This document shows positions 18,560-31,796 of a stretch of 64,000 bases of DNA, piece after piece. This stretch comes from Dehalococcoidia bacterium (GTDB lineage Bacteria > Chloroflexota > Dehalococcoidia > Bin125). The DNA is taken from NCBI GenBank assembly GCA_963555985.3, contig OY820591.1, positions 32,001 through 96,000 on the forward strand, written 5' to 3'. The translations under genes and the position numbers were made by a program. Numbering within the stretch: position 1 is the stretch's first letter; each line of letters opens with the position of its first letter. Below the pieces are notes generated by a model, which was given only the letters and a program-made list of their open reading frames with translations, was not told the origin of the DNA and ran no database searches.

Positions 18560-18929
18560 TGAGCTGCTCGCGATGTTCGTCGACCCCGACGACTCCCAAC
18601 GCGACCAGAAATCGCACCGCGCGAGCTTCGGGCTCGAGCTGATCGATCCAGCGCCGCACATCGAGACTGATGATGTTGCTCTGGAAATCCCACGCTTCGG
18701 CACGTGAGGTGTCGCTGTGGACAGTGAGCGGGAACCAGACGACGGCCTCCATGTCCACATCTACGTCAACCCAAGCGCGGACGATCGGAAAGCCCGTTTC
18801 CTCCGCGTGGCGCTGCACGATCTCCCAGTACTCGGTCGCCAAGCGTCGGATGAGCGGAGTGAGCCTGGGATCATCCAAGGGCCATTCGAGTTCGATCTCG
18901 CTGGCCGGCTTCGGCGCTGTGCTGACCAT
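18549..18929 (-). CDS. Hypothetical protein, probable partner of the HEPN gene
   Basis: GAGGTGAG RBS; 11-bp overlap with the HEPN gene. Confidence 0.55.
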   Translation of the reverse strand: MVSTAPKPASEIELEWPLDDPRLTPLIRRLATEYWEIVQRHAEETGFPIVRAWVDVDVDMEAVVWFPLTVHSDTSRAEAWDFQSNIISLDVRRWIDQLEPEARAVRFLVALGVVGVDEHREQLSDA

Positions 18930-18969
18930 CGCTCACCTCACCTGCGCTGCACGCCGCTGAGAGGCGGGA

Positions 18970-19290
18970 TCAGGACTGCAAGCGCTCCACGAAGATCCGC
19001 ATCACCCCGCCGCAAATCTTGTCTTCGCCGTCGGTCGGCTCGGTCAGATCGACCACGACCATCCGCGCCTCGCCGTCGTCAAGCGCGTCCATCGCCTCCT
19101 GCCAGACCTCAGCTTCACCGCAACCGCCGCCGATCGTACCGACGAAGCTGCCGTCCTCTTTCACCAACATCTTTGCGCCGGTCTTGCGCGGCGTGCTGCC
19201 CAGCGTCTGCGCGACCGTCGCCAGCGCCACCGGCGACCCCAACTCAAACGCTTCCGACATCGCCTCGTACACCTCGTCGTGCGCCATCAC
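18970..19290 (-). CDS. XdhC/CoxI N-terminal domain protein
   Basis: GSTPRKTGAKM, GTIGGGCGE and CGGVMRIFVE. Confidence 0.85.
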   Translation of the reverse strand: MMAHDEVYEAMSEAFELGSPVALATVAQTLGSTPRKTGAKMLVKEDGSFVGTIGGGCGEAEVWQEAMDALDDGEARMVVVDLTEPTDGEDKICGGVMRIFVERLQS

Positions 19291-19332
19291 GTGCCTCCAA
19301 GCCAGCTTCCTGCGAGTACAGTCTACCGTCTG

Positions 19333-20181
19333 CTAGCGGGCCGTTGCCGCCAAGCGCCTGCCCTGCTCCGACATTGGCTGCGCGCCGCCGCCGCGGCGCA
19401 CGAGGATGATCTCGCCCAGCACTGAAACCGCGATCTCCTCCGGCGTCTCCGCGCCAATGTCGAGCCCGATCGGGGTAAACACGCGATCCAGCGCCTCCCG
19501 ATCCACACCCTCCTCAGCCAGATGCTGCAAGACCGTGCGCGTGCGCCGCTTCGACCCAATCATGCCCACATAGCCCGCCCCCCGCTCCGCGACCCGGCGC
19601 AGGGCCAGCTCATCGACCTTGTGTCCGCGCGAGACCAACACGATGTACGTGTTCGCCCCGATCGGAAAGCGCTCCAACTCCTCGTCGAAATCGCCGCAGA
19701 TCACGTTCGCCTCATAGGGGAAACGCTCGGGGCTGGCGTACTCCTCGCGGTCGTCGATGATCGCGACTTCCATCCCCAGCATCGCGCCCAACTGTCCCAC
19801 GGCCAGCCCCACATGCCCGCCGCCGACCACCAAGAGCGTCGCCGCCGGCTCGACCACCTCGATCAGGACTTCGACAATCGCTCCAGCTGCCTCAATCGCG
19901 CGCCGCCCCTGGACCATCTCCCCCTCCGGCGTGAACGCGACCGCCGCAACCAGATGTTGCGGAATGGCGTCCCGGGCGCGGGAGACCACAGCTCGTTCGA
20001 GCGCTCCCCCGCCGATCCCGCCGAGGACAGTCCCATCCGCATAGACCAGCAACTTCGCGCCGAGGGCGACATCAACACGGTTGGAGGCGGCCATCACCGT
20101 GCAAGAAGCAACAGCCGGCCCATCGCGAGCGGCAGTCAGAAGCGCTTGGGCGAGGTCGGCCGGGGAGGCTGTAGCGGTCAT
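19333..20181 (-). CDS. XdhC family molybdoenzyme maturation factor
   Basis: VGGGHVG, YVGMIGSKRR and PIGLDIGAETPEEIAVS. Confidence 0.9.
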   Translation of the reverse strand: MTATASPADLAQALLTAARDGPAVASCTVMAASNRVDVALGAKLLVYADGTVLGGIGGGALERAVVSRARDAIPQHLVAAVAFTPEGEMVQGRRAIEAAGAIVEVLIEVVEPAATLLVVGGGHVGLAVGQLGAMLGMEVAIIDDREEYASPERFPYEANVICGDFDEELERFPIGANTYIVLVSRGHKVDELALRRVAERGAGYVGMIGSKRRTRTVLQHLAEEGVDREALDRVFTPIGLDIGAETPEEIAVSVLGEIILVRRGGGAQPMSEQGRRLAATAR

Positions 20182-20217
20182 GGGAGCAGGATAGTTGCGG
20201 TGTGGAGCGGGGAATGT

Positions 20218-20703
20218 CTATTGCCCTTGGTCGCCTTGCTGCTGCTGTCTTCTTCTGCGCCGCCAACGTGCGCGCGCGCTGGGAATGAAGATTGCCGCCG
20301 TGGGAGCAAGCTGAGAAACCGCAGCGACCACTGCCGGCCAAGTTGCTCCCTCGAGCGCCAGCGCAAGAGCCACTCCCAAGAGAGCCAAGCCCAAGAATGC
20401 GCCGATGTACATCCCTCGCCTGGTTCGAGAGGCATCCTCCGCCAATACAACCGCACTGAGCCGCAGTCGCTCAGCATTCCGCTCATGTCTGCTAGAAGCC
20501 TCTCTCTCGGCCATCGACAAGATGCGGTCAGCAGACCCGGGGAGAATCTCTTCATATTCTCGCAACGCCCACGGTGGCGGGATCGGGCCGGTGAATGACC
20601 GTTCCGTAGACAAGCTGATCGGCCGGCCATCTTGCTCCCCAGAGTCGGGGGCGCTCTGTTCGACAATCCCGAGTTCCGGGCCATCGTCGTCGGGTGCGTT
20701 CAT
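20218..20703 (-). CDS. DUF2335-like membrane protein
   Basis: FTGPIPPP..L.EYE.ILPGSADRILSMAERE followed by two TM segments. Confidence 0.8.
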   Translation of the reverse strand: MNAPDDDGPELGIVEQSAPDSGEQDGRPISLSTERSFTGPIPPPWALREYEEILPGSADRILSMAEREASSRHERNAERLRLSAVVLAEDASRTRRGMYIGAFLGLALLGVALALALEGATWPAVVAAVSQLAPTAAIFIPSARARWRRRRRQQQQGDQGQ

Positions 20704-21053
20704 TGCTCATTCGGACGAGCGAGAGCCTCGCGTGGCGGAAGCGCAGTCCATATATCTCGCCCAACTGTCTCCCAGACATCCATGAGTGACTCAGCCGTCG
20801 GCTTGTCCTCAAAGACATGGCTGATGAAGACGTGCGGCCCCAGCATGTCGCCAAGGCCCCAAATGGTTGCAAGGCCCTTGGCGAGCGACGGCCCAAAGTC
20901 CGCGATCATGACTGACTCATCGATCAGAAGTGTCGGGCCGTCCTCATCCAGATCGCCGTCGACAGCGAGTACGTCCTCAAGATGCCAGTACGGGCTCTCC
21001 TGCTGGTCCGGCATGTTTCTGCCCTGCACTCCGTGACACCGAGCGTCGCTCAC
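20700..21053 (-). CDS. Hypothetical acidic protein coupled to the DUF2335 gene
   Basis: ATGA overlap with the next gene; no recognised motif. Confidence 0.45.
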   Translation of the reverse strand: MSDARCHGVQGRNMPDQQESPYWHLEDVLAVDGDLDEDGPTLLIDESVMIADFGPSLAKGLATIWGLGDMLGPHVFISHVFEDKPTAESLMDVWETVGRDIWTALPPREALARPNEQ

Positions 21054-21113
21054 ATACTACATCCAGTCCAATGACGATCTATTGCGCTGTGAATGACAGA
21101 GGGACGGCATCGG

Positions 21114-22229
21114 CTACACATTGAACAGGATGTGCAACACATCCCCGTCCTGCACCTCGTACTCCTTGCCCTCGGTCCGCAGCAACGCTCGGCGCTTCGC
21201 CTCCGCTTCCGCCCCCGAGGCTCCAACCGCCTCGCCGCAAACCAGCAAATCATCCCACCGAGTCACTTCCGCCCGAATAAACCCCCGCTCCATATCCGAG
21301 TGAATTCGGCCCGCCGCTCGCGGTGCGCTCGACCCGCCCGGTACCGTCCAGGCGCGGCACTCTTCGGGCCCAACCGTGAAAAACGTGCGCAGACCCAACA
21401 AACGGAACGACTCCTGCAAGGCCGTCTCAACCGCCCCTGCTCCCACTCCCAGCTCGGCGCGGTAGTCGGCTGCTTCCTCTGGCTCGAAATCACGCAACTC
21501 CTCTTCCAGCCGCGCCGAGAGCGCGACCGTCGCCCCGCCCGCCGCCTCCCGGTATTGCGCAGCGGCGGACTCCGCCTCGCTCGTCTCGTCCTCGCCGAGA
21601 TTGATCAGCGTCAGCAGTGGACGCTCGGTCAGGAAGCGATACTGCCGCAAGCTTGCCCGCTCGTCCTCGTTGAGCGGCGCCTCGAGCATGTTCCCGCCTG
21701 CCCCGAGGTGCTCCTGCATCCGCGTCAGCAGCGCCGCCTCGCGGTCGGCCGCAACCCGCTCCGCTGGCTTCACCGACTTGGTCTCCTCACCGATCCGCTC
21801 CAATCGCTTCTCAATCAGCGCAAGGTCGGCAAAGGTCAGCTCCAACTGCATCGCCTCAATATCTGCCGCCGGATCGATCCGCTCCGCCGGATGCGGAACC
21901 GCATCATTCTCGAACCCGCGCACCACATGAACCAGCGCGTCAAGCAGCGACAACTGGTCAAGCAGACGCATGGTCGGCGGTTCGCCGCCGCCCAGCGCGC
22001 CCGCGAACCCCGCCCCGGGAAAATCGACCACCTCCAGCGTCGCCGGAGTCGTCCTGCGCGGCCGATACAGCGCCGAGAGCCGGTTCAGCCGTTCATCAAC
22101 CGCCGGCACAACCCCTTCATGCGCATCCTGATGCGTCATAAACCCGGTCGCCCGGCCCGCGCCGGTCAGCGCGTTGAAGAGCGTCGTCTTGCCCGAACGC
22201 TCGAACCCGATCAGTCCAACGGATGGCAT
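21114..22229 (-). CDS. ychF: YchF redox-regulated ATPase (Obg family)
   Basis: SGKTTLFNALT, TFFTVGPEECRAW, IHSDMERGFIRAEV and EGKEYEVQDGD. Confidence 0.92.
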   Translation of the reverse strand: MPSVGLIGFERSGKTTLFNALTGAGRATGFMTHQDAHEGVVPAVDERLNRLSALYRPRRTTPATLEVVDFPGAGFAGALGGGEPPTMRLLDQLSLLDALVHVVRGFENDAVPHPAERIDPAADIEAMQLELTFADLALIEKRLERIGEETKSVKPAERVAADREAALLTRMQEHLGAGGNMLEAPLNEDERASLRQYRFLTERPLLTLINLGEDETSEAESAAAQYREAAGGATVALSARLEEELRDFEPEEAADYRAELGVGAGAVETALQESFRLLGLRTFFTVGPEECRAWTVPGGSSAPRAAGRIHSDMERGFIRAEVTRWDDLLVCGEAVGASGAEAEAKRRALLRTEGKEYEVQDGDVLHILFNV

Positions 22230-22290
22230 AACCCACCCATCATCGCACGCCGACCAGTTCCCGGCTGCATAGCCGTGATCGCACTCACCT

Positions 22291-22779
22291 CTACCGCAAC
22301 TCCGACGGCGCAAACTCCGTCACGCCCAACCCCGGACGCGCCAAATCAGCCAGCGCCTCCCCCACCAGCGCCAACGAATCCCGCATCGCCTGCCAATCCA
22401 CCGCCCCAGCCGCCTCCGACGGACTCGCCCAGCGCCAGGCCTGATGCTCGTCCGAGAGTCGCGGCTCCGCGCCAGCCGCCGTCAGCGCGGCAAAAGCGGG
22501 AACAAAGTAGATCGTGTCGTTCTCAGGGTTGTAGAACGTCTCCGGCCGATCCAGCCGAAACCAACGCTCCACCGAAAGCCCCGTCTCCTCGTCCAGCTCG
22601 CGCAGCGCTGCTTCCCAAGCAGTTTCGCCCTGCTTCTCCTCAATGTGACCGCCCACCACCTGCCAGGCCCCCGCAAACCGGTGACCCGGCGGACGCTGGA
22701 GCAGCAACAACTCGATCCCGCCCACCTCACAAGGACGCGCGATATAGACCGCAACGAGATTGCTGCGCAGACGCGGCAC
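22291..22779 (-). CDS. NUDIX hydrolase
   Basis: GHIE...GETAWEAALRELDEETGL Nudix box; LSDEH. Confidence 0.88.
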   Translation of the reverse strand: MPRLRSNLVAVYIARPCEVGGIELLLLQRPPGHRFAGAWQVVGGHIEEKQGETAWEAALRELDEETGLSVERWFRLDRPETFYNPENDTIYFVPAFAALTAAGAEPRLSDEHQAWRWASPSEAAGAVDWQAMRDSLALVGEALADLARPGLGVTEFAPSELR

Positions 22780-22783
22780 GCGC

Positions 22784-23293
22784 CTACTCCGCCCACTTCG
22801 GAATCGTGCCCTCGAAGCTGTCGTAGAACGTGACGTAAGGCTTCACGTCCAGCACCGGCGTGCCGTTCGTCAAATCCAGGCCGATCACGCGCACAGTCTC
22901 ACCCTTGACCGACTCCAGCGGACAAACGCTGATCGAGATCGGATTCGGGCGGTGCGCCGTGCGCGTCGCCAACACCCCGACCTCCGGCGTATCGGAGCCG
23001 CCCGAAGGATGAATCTTCAGCAGCGCCCGCCCTTCATCCGTCACCTGATCCATCCAGGCCACCACGAACAAATGCGAGAACCCGTCCAACCCCTCCAGCG
23101 CCGGCGCGAACTCCGGACGAAAGACCAACTCCGAGCGCACCTGCGCCCAGACCCGCCCGGAGGTGTCGTCAATCCCGTTGCGCACGACCGCGATCGGAGT
23201 CAAGTCGTCAATTCGTTCCGGCAGCGAGCGCAACGCCTCCTCGCGCGCCTGCGAGGGGTTGGTCAAGCGCAGCCGTTCGCGCCACGTCACCAT
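22784..23293 (-). CDS. trmO: tRNA t6A37 N6-methyltransferase TrmO/TsaA family
   Basis: LEGLDGFSH, ATRTAHRPNPI and GLDLTNGTPVLDVKPY. Confidence 0.85.
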   Translation of the reverse strand: MVTWRERLRLTNPSQAREEALRSLPERIDDLTPIAVVRNGIDDTSGRVWAQVRSELVFRPEFAPALEGLDGFSHLFVVAWMDQVTDEGRALLKIHPSGGSDTPEVGVLATRTAHRPNPISISVCPLESVKGETVRVIGLDLTNGTPVLDVKPYVTFYDSFEGTIPKWAE

Positions 23294-23380
23294 CAATGCA
23301 CACTCGATCCGCAACCTCGATCGCACCCGCCCCAGTTTGCCGAACGCCCGAACGGGTACGGTCATAACGTGGTATCGTAA

Positions 23381-25483
<2,103 letters not shown>

Positions 25484-25519
25484 CCGCCGCCACGCAAGCC
25501 CAATCCCCTTCCCCACACC

Positions 25520-26165
25520 CCTCTCCCCCTTGAGGAGACCTGCGCATAATCCCAAATTCCGTCATTCCCGCGCAGGCGGGAATCTCGAACCTCTCAAGTC
25601 TGAAGCTGCTTCCATATCTGGTCGTACCACCGCCCTCGCATCACACGATCCGCTCCTCCGAGGCCTCACCGCACCAGGATGGACTTTCGCAAAGCTCTCC
25701 GAACGCGGGAATCCAGTCTCCGTATCCGCTCAGCACTGGATGCCTCGTTGAGTCGGAATGGTGCAAATGCGGCAATTCAGGGGCGATACATCTCCCCCTC
25801 AAGAGCCTGTCCCCGCGCAGGCGGGGAGGGAGATGTCACGAAGTGACAGAGGGGGCGAGAACGCCACAACCAGCATCCAACACCCCTTCCGGCGGGAGCC
25901 GCCGCAAAAGTCCACTCCCCTCTCCCCCCGCACTGCGGGGGGAGATGTCGCGCAGCGACAGAGGGGGGTCCGACCGCCTCCCCAACTCCGTCATAGCCGC
26001 GCTTGCCGCGGAGCCTGTCCCCGCCAAGGGAGGCCGTTGCAACACCCCCATTTCCGTCATTCCCGCGCAGGCGGGAATCCATGCGGTGTAGCGAATAGCA
26101 CCTGGATTCCTGCTTCCGCAGAAATGACGAAACGCGAAGTTCGAGAAGTTTCGCAAAGGGTTCCG
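25520..26165. mobile_element. Large composite repeat cluster (M1, M2 tail, M3, and GAGATGTC..GACAGAGGGG repeats)
   Basis: Sub-elements match 4960-5125, 6074-6303 and 58513-58562. Confidence 0.8.
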
Positions 26166-26222
26166 AAAAAGAACACCCATTCCCCATCTGTCAACCCCAA
26201 CACACCACCCTCATACCCATAT

Positions 26223-26264
26223 CAGCTAACCTGAGCCGAACGTTCGTACCCGCCAGAACAGGAC
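26223..26264 (+). promoter_or_regulatory. Conserved promoter-like motif (-10 TAACCT) with LexA-like CGAAC-GTTC-GTAC
   Basis: CAGCTAACCTGAGCCGAACGTTCGTA versus CAGCTAATCTTATCGGAACGTCAGTA at 5193. Confidence 0.55.
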
Positions 26265-26269
26265 TCCGC

Positions 26270-26959
26270 ATGTACATCCCGCCCAAACGCCGACGACGCA
26301 TCCTCCAAGTCCAACTGCTCCGCCACGAAGGACGCTCCCTGCGCCAGATCGGCCGCCGGCTCGGCGTCTCCCACGCCACCGTCCGCAGCGACCTGCAACT
26401 GCTCGAAACCCACTGGAGCGAGATCGCCGGCCCGGCCGCCGACGACTTCCTCCTGCAACTCCTGCACCTGCTCGGACACCGCCTCGTCGCCCTGCTCCAG
26501 GAAGACGTCTACGCGCGCTACGCCGACCAGCTCGCGCCGCAGGAGTACATCCGCTTCCAGCGCGCCCACACGGCCGAACTCGCCGTGCTCCTGCGCGAGA
26601 CCCGGCACGCGATCCAGGCCATCCACCAACACGCCCCCCAGCGCCGCAGCGAGGCCGCCCAGATCCAGGCGGAACTCGAACAGCACCTCGCAGCACTGGA
26701 CAGCCCGACTGACCAAGACCATCCAAAACCATCCACAATTGACCACTCCGAAGCGACGATTCCCCAGCCGCAACAGGAGCTCGTCGATTCCGAAGAAGCA
26801 CAGGGGGATGCAGAAACTATCCACCCGGACCAGCCCGCCGAGGAGCGGGACGAAGCCGAACTGGTCGCCTTCATCAGCCAGTTGGAGGAGCAAGTCCGCG
26901 CCAAGTTCGCCGCCGACCCACCCGCACACGCCTTCCCCGACGCCGCCGGCGGCGGCTGA
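26270..26959 (+). CDS. Orphan HTH domain protein, paralog of 5243..5833
   Basis: LRHEGRSLRQIGRRLGVSHATVRSDL; acidic low-complexity tail. Confidence 0.75.
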   Translation: MYIPPKRRRRILQVQLLRHEGRSLRQIGRRLGVSHATVRSDLQLLETHWSEIAGPAADDFLLQLLHLLGHRLVALLQEDVYARYADQLAPQEYIRFQRAHTAELAVLLRETRHAIQAIHQHAPQRRSEAAQIQAELEQHLAALDSPTDQDHPKPSTIDHSEATIPQPQQELVDSEEAQGDAETIHPDQPAEERDEAELVAFISQLEEQVRAKFAADPPAHAFPDAAGGG

Positions 26960-26993
26960 GAAGACGCCCAAACACGCCTGCCTGCTCCCACCT

Positions 26994-27610
26994 TGAGAGC
27001 CTGTCCCCGCGCAGGGAGGCCCTGACAAAACCCCCATTCCCGTCATTCCCGCGTAGGGGGACCGTTGCAAAATCCCCATTTCCGTCATTCCCGTGCTCCG
27101 CCACGGGAATCTCGCCGAGTTCTGCACAGGCGCCCCGCACCCGACGCCCCTTCCGCACCTCCCCTCTCCCCCTTGAGGGGGAGATGTCACGTAGTGACAG
27201 AGGGGGTGAAAACGCCACAACCAGCACCCCGCCCCCCTTCCCCTTGCAGAGACCGTTGCAGAGCTCCGCGATCGGCTGAGCCCGTCACGCCCGCGCAGCG
27301 AGAGCTTTGCACAAGTCGATGTTCTTCGTCATTGCCGCGTTCCGCCGCAGCCTGCCCCTGGCCTGAACAGGGGGCAATCTCGCCGTGATCTGCACAGGCG
27401 CCCCGCACCCGACGTCCCTTCTCACCTCCCCTCTCCCCCTTGAGAGCCTGTCCCCGCGTAGGCGGGGAGGGAGATGTCGCGCAGAGCCTGCCCCCGCGAA
27501 GGCGGGGGACAGAGGGGGTGAAAACGCCACGCCCAGCGCAGACGCCCCAACCGCTCCCCCCGCAGTGTGGAGAGAGAGTGTCGCAAAGCCCTCCCCAGGC
27601 GGGGAACAGA
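26994..27610. mobile_element. Composite nested repeat cluster
   Basis: Several CCGTCATTCCC heads; GAGGCC/GGGACC/GAGACC..TTGCA ends; CCTG(T/C)CCCCGCG.AGGCGGGG hairpins; internal duplication about 27121-27170 versus 27389-27440. Confidence 0.75.
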
Positions 27611-27681
27611 GAGGCCCCAACCACCTCGTACCCTCAGTGAACAGCAACCCCCAACCTCCAACCAGCCTTGGCCGCCGCCGC

Positions 27682-28353
27682 GTGACCCGCCTCACCACCT
27701 CTGCCAACACTCTGCGCCGGGCTCTGCCCAAACCCCTCCGCCGTTGGTGGCGCGGACAGCCCCGCCTCGCCCTCGAAGACTCCGCCGCCGTCCAGATCGT
27801 CGAACAGCTCCCAATCACGCCCGACGACCGCCTCCTTGCGCTGGGCCGCGACGCACCCCTGCTCGCCGCCCTCTTGGCCGACGCCGCCCAACTCGAAGAG
27901 CGCCCACTCGCCCTGATCGGGCGAACAGCGCCCGCCCCCAGTCCGGCCGAGCTCGAGCTCGGCATCCTCCGCGGCCGCGCCGACCGCATCCCCCTCGCCG
28001 ACGCCTCGGTCAGCGTCGCCGTCCTCCCTCACCAACTGCGCCGCTGGGACGACGATCGCGCCCTCCGCGTCCTCCGCGAACTCTGGCGCGTCCTCGAACA
28101 CAACGGCGTCGCCGTCCTCTGGGAGATTGCCCCCTCCCGCTCTCCCCGCCTCAACCAACTCTGGCGCGCCGCCCTCACCGACCCGCACGGCCCTCCGCAA
28201 CTCCGCAGCTTCGCCCAACTCGGCCGCCTCGCCTACGACGCCCACTTCGCCTGGGTCCAAACCCTCCCCCTCCGCCCCTTCCTCTGGCCGCCCGGCCCCA
28301 GAGTCAGCGTCCTCATCCGCAAGGAACACTACCGCCGCGATGCAGCGGAGTAG
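27682..28353 (+). CDS. Class I methyltransferase-fold protein with degenerate SAM motif
   Basis: ADRIPLADASVSV and LRELWRVLEHNG resemble Methyltransf_11; motif I is degenerate (LALGRDA); start uncertain. Confidence 0.6.
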   Translation: MTRLTTSANTLRRALPKPLRRWWRGQPRLALEDSAAVQIVEQLPITPDDRLLALGRDAPLLAALLADAAQLEERPLALIGRTAPAPSPAELELGILRGRADRIPLADASVSVAVLPHQLRRWDDDRALRVLRELWRVLEHNGVAVLWEIAPSRSPRLNQLWRAALTDPHGPPQLRSFAQLGRLAYDAHFAWVQTLPLRPFLWPPGPRVSVLIRKEHYRRDAAE

Positions 28354-28399
28354 ACAGGACTCTCGATGGTTGTGAGCGAGACAACAGGAACCGACGGCA

Positions 28400-28786
28400 A
28401 TGGCTTTACCTTTTGAATTCGTGATTGAAGGTCCGCCGGTGTCGCAACGAGCCTCGAGCAGATCGCGGCAACGATGGCGACAGGACGTGGAAAGCGCCGC
28501 CAGCCGGCAGTGGCGCAGCGATCCGCCCGAAACCGGGTCGGTTGAGGTGTCAATCTCGTACTACTTCGTCGAAGACACTCTTGACGTCGACAACATCCCC
28601 AAGCCTATTCTGGATGCGCTGAACGGGCTGGTCTTCCTGGATGATCAGCAAGTTACTGACTTGTGCTGCCACAAGCGGGATGTGAAAATCAGCCGCCGGA
28701 TCTCAGACCTCCCGCTGCCGCTTGTCCGGTATGTCGGAGGCGCAACGTCGGTGCTGCACGTCTCAATCGCCCAGGCACCGGACTAG
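28400..28786 (+). CDS. RusA-family Holliday junction resolvase-like endonuclease
   Basis: G.PVS and DVDNIPKPILDALNGLVFLDDQQV. Confidence 0.85.
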   Translation: MALPFEFVIEGPPVSQRASSRSRQRWRQDVESAASRQWRSDPPETGSVEVSISYYFVEDTLDVDNIPKPILDALNGLVFLDDQQVTDLCCHKRDVKISRRISDLPLPLVRYVGGATSVLHVSIAQAPD

Positions 28787-28797
28787 GAGGCGATGCA

Positions 28798-29454
28798 GTG
28801 CCAGGTACACCAACACCTGCCGAAGAACTGATGGTTCTCAAGACGGCGAAGCGGTACCGCCAAGAGGGCTATGAAGTCTCCGCTGACGTTCCGCTGGACT
28901 TCTTGCCCGGTGCCCGAGCGGACCTGCTCGCCCGCAAGGACGATCAAGTGCGCGTGATCGAAGTCAAAGCGCGATCCACGCTTGCTGCTACACCTCAGAT
29001 CGTGGAACTGGCCGAGATCGTTGACGCGAAACCCGGCTGGAGCTTTGACTTGGTACTCGTGGGCGAGCCGGAGAAGATCAACGCGCCGCCAGGAGCACAG
29101 CGCTTCGGCGGCGAAGAGATCCTCCAGCGGATTGATGATGCGCAGCAGCTCCTCGATTCCGGCTGCTCCGAGCCCGCGTTCTTGCTTGCCTGGTCCGCTT
29201 GCGAGGCGGCGATCCGGAAGCTGATCGCCGACGAGGGAGTGTCGGACGATCGCATCACGACAGCGAGCTACGTCCTCGAACAGGCGACGTATCTCGGCCT
29301 CATCGACCGCGAGGACTACTTCCGCCTGAGCGACGTGCTGGAGTACCGCAACGCCATCGCGCACGGCTTTAGTCATGAGGGCTTTGGAGACGAGCTGGTC
29401 ACCGAGTTGCTTGAGACGACCCGCAGCCTGCTCGCGCCAGCGCCCACGGCCTGA
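28798..29454 (+). CDS. PD-(D/E)xK (REase/AHJR-like) nuclease fused to a HEPN-like domain
   Basis: Y.QEGYEV, ADLLARK..VIEVK; AFLLAWSACE and RNAIAHG; AGGAGG RBS. Confidence 0.75.
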   Translation: MPGTPTPAEELMVLKTAKRYRQEGYEVSADVPLDFLPGARADLLARKDDQVRVIEVKARSTLAATPQIVELAEIVDAKPGWSFDLVLVGEPEKINAPPGAQRFGGEEILQRIDDAQQLLDSGCSEPAFLLAWSACEAAIRKLIADEGVSDDRITTASYVLEQATYLGLIDREDYFRLSDVLEYRNAIAHGFSHEGFGDELVTELLETTRSLLAPAPTA

Positions 29455-29469
29455 ACCCGGCCCAGCCGC

Positions 29470-31790
<2,321 letters not shown>

Positions 31791-31796
31791 CAGACT

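Noticed and set aside
25530-26234. Small ORFs containing RHSR../VIPA../GMT peptides
   Set aside because: These are translations of the palindromic repeats, not credible genes.
28400-28786. Prophage around the RusA-like gene
   Set aside because: No integrase, structural or phage replication genes nearby.
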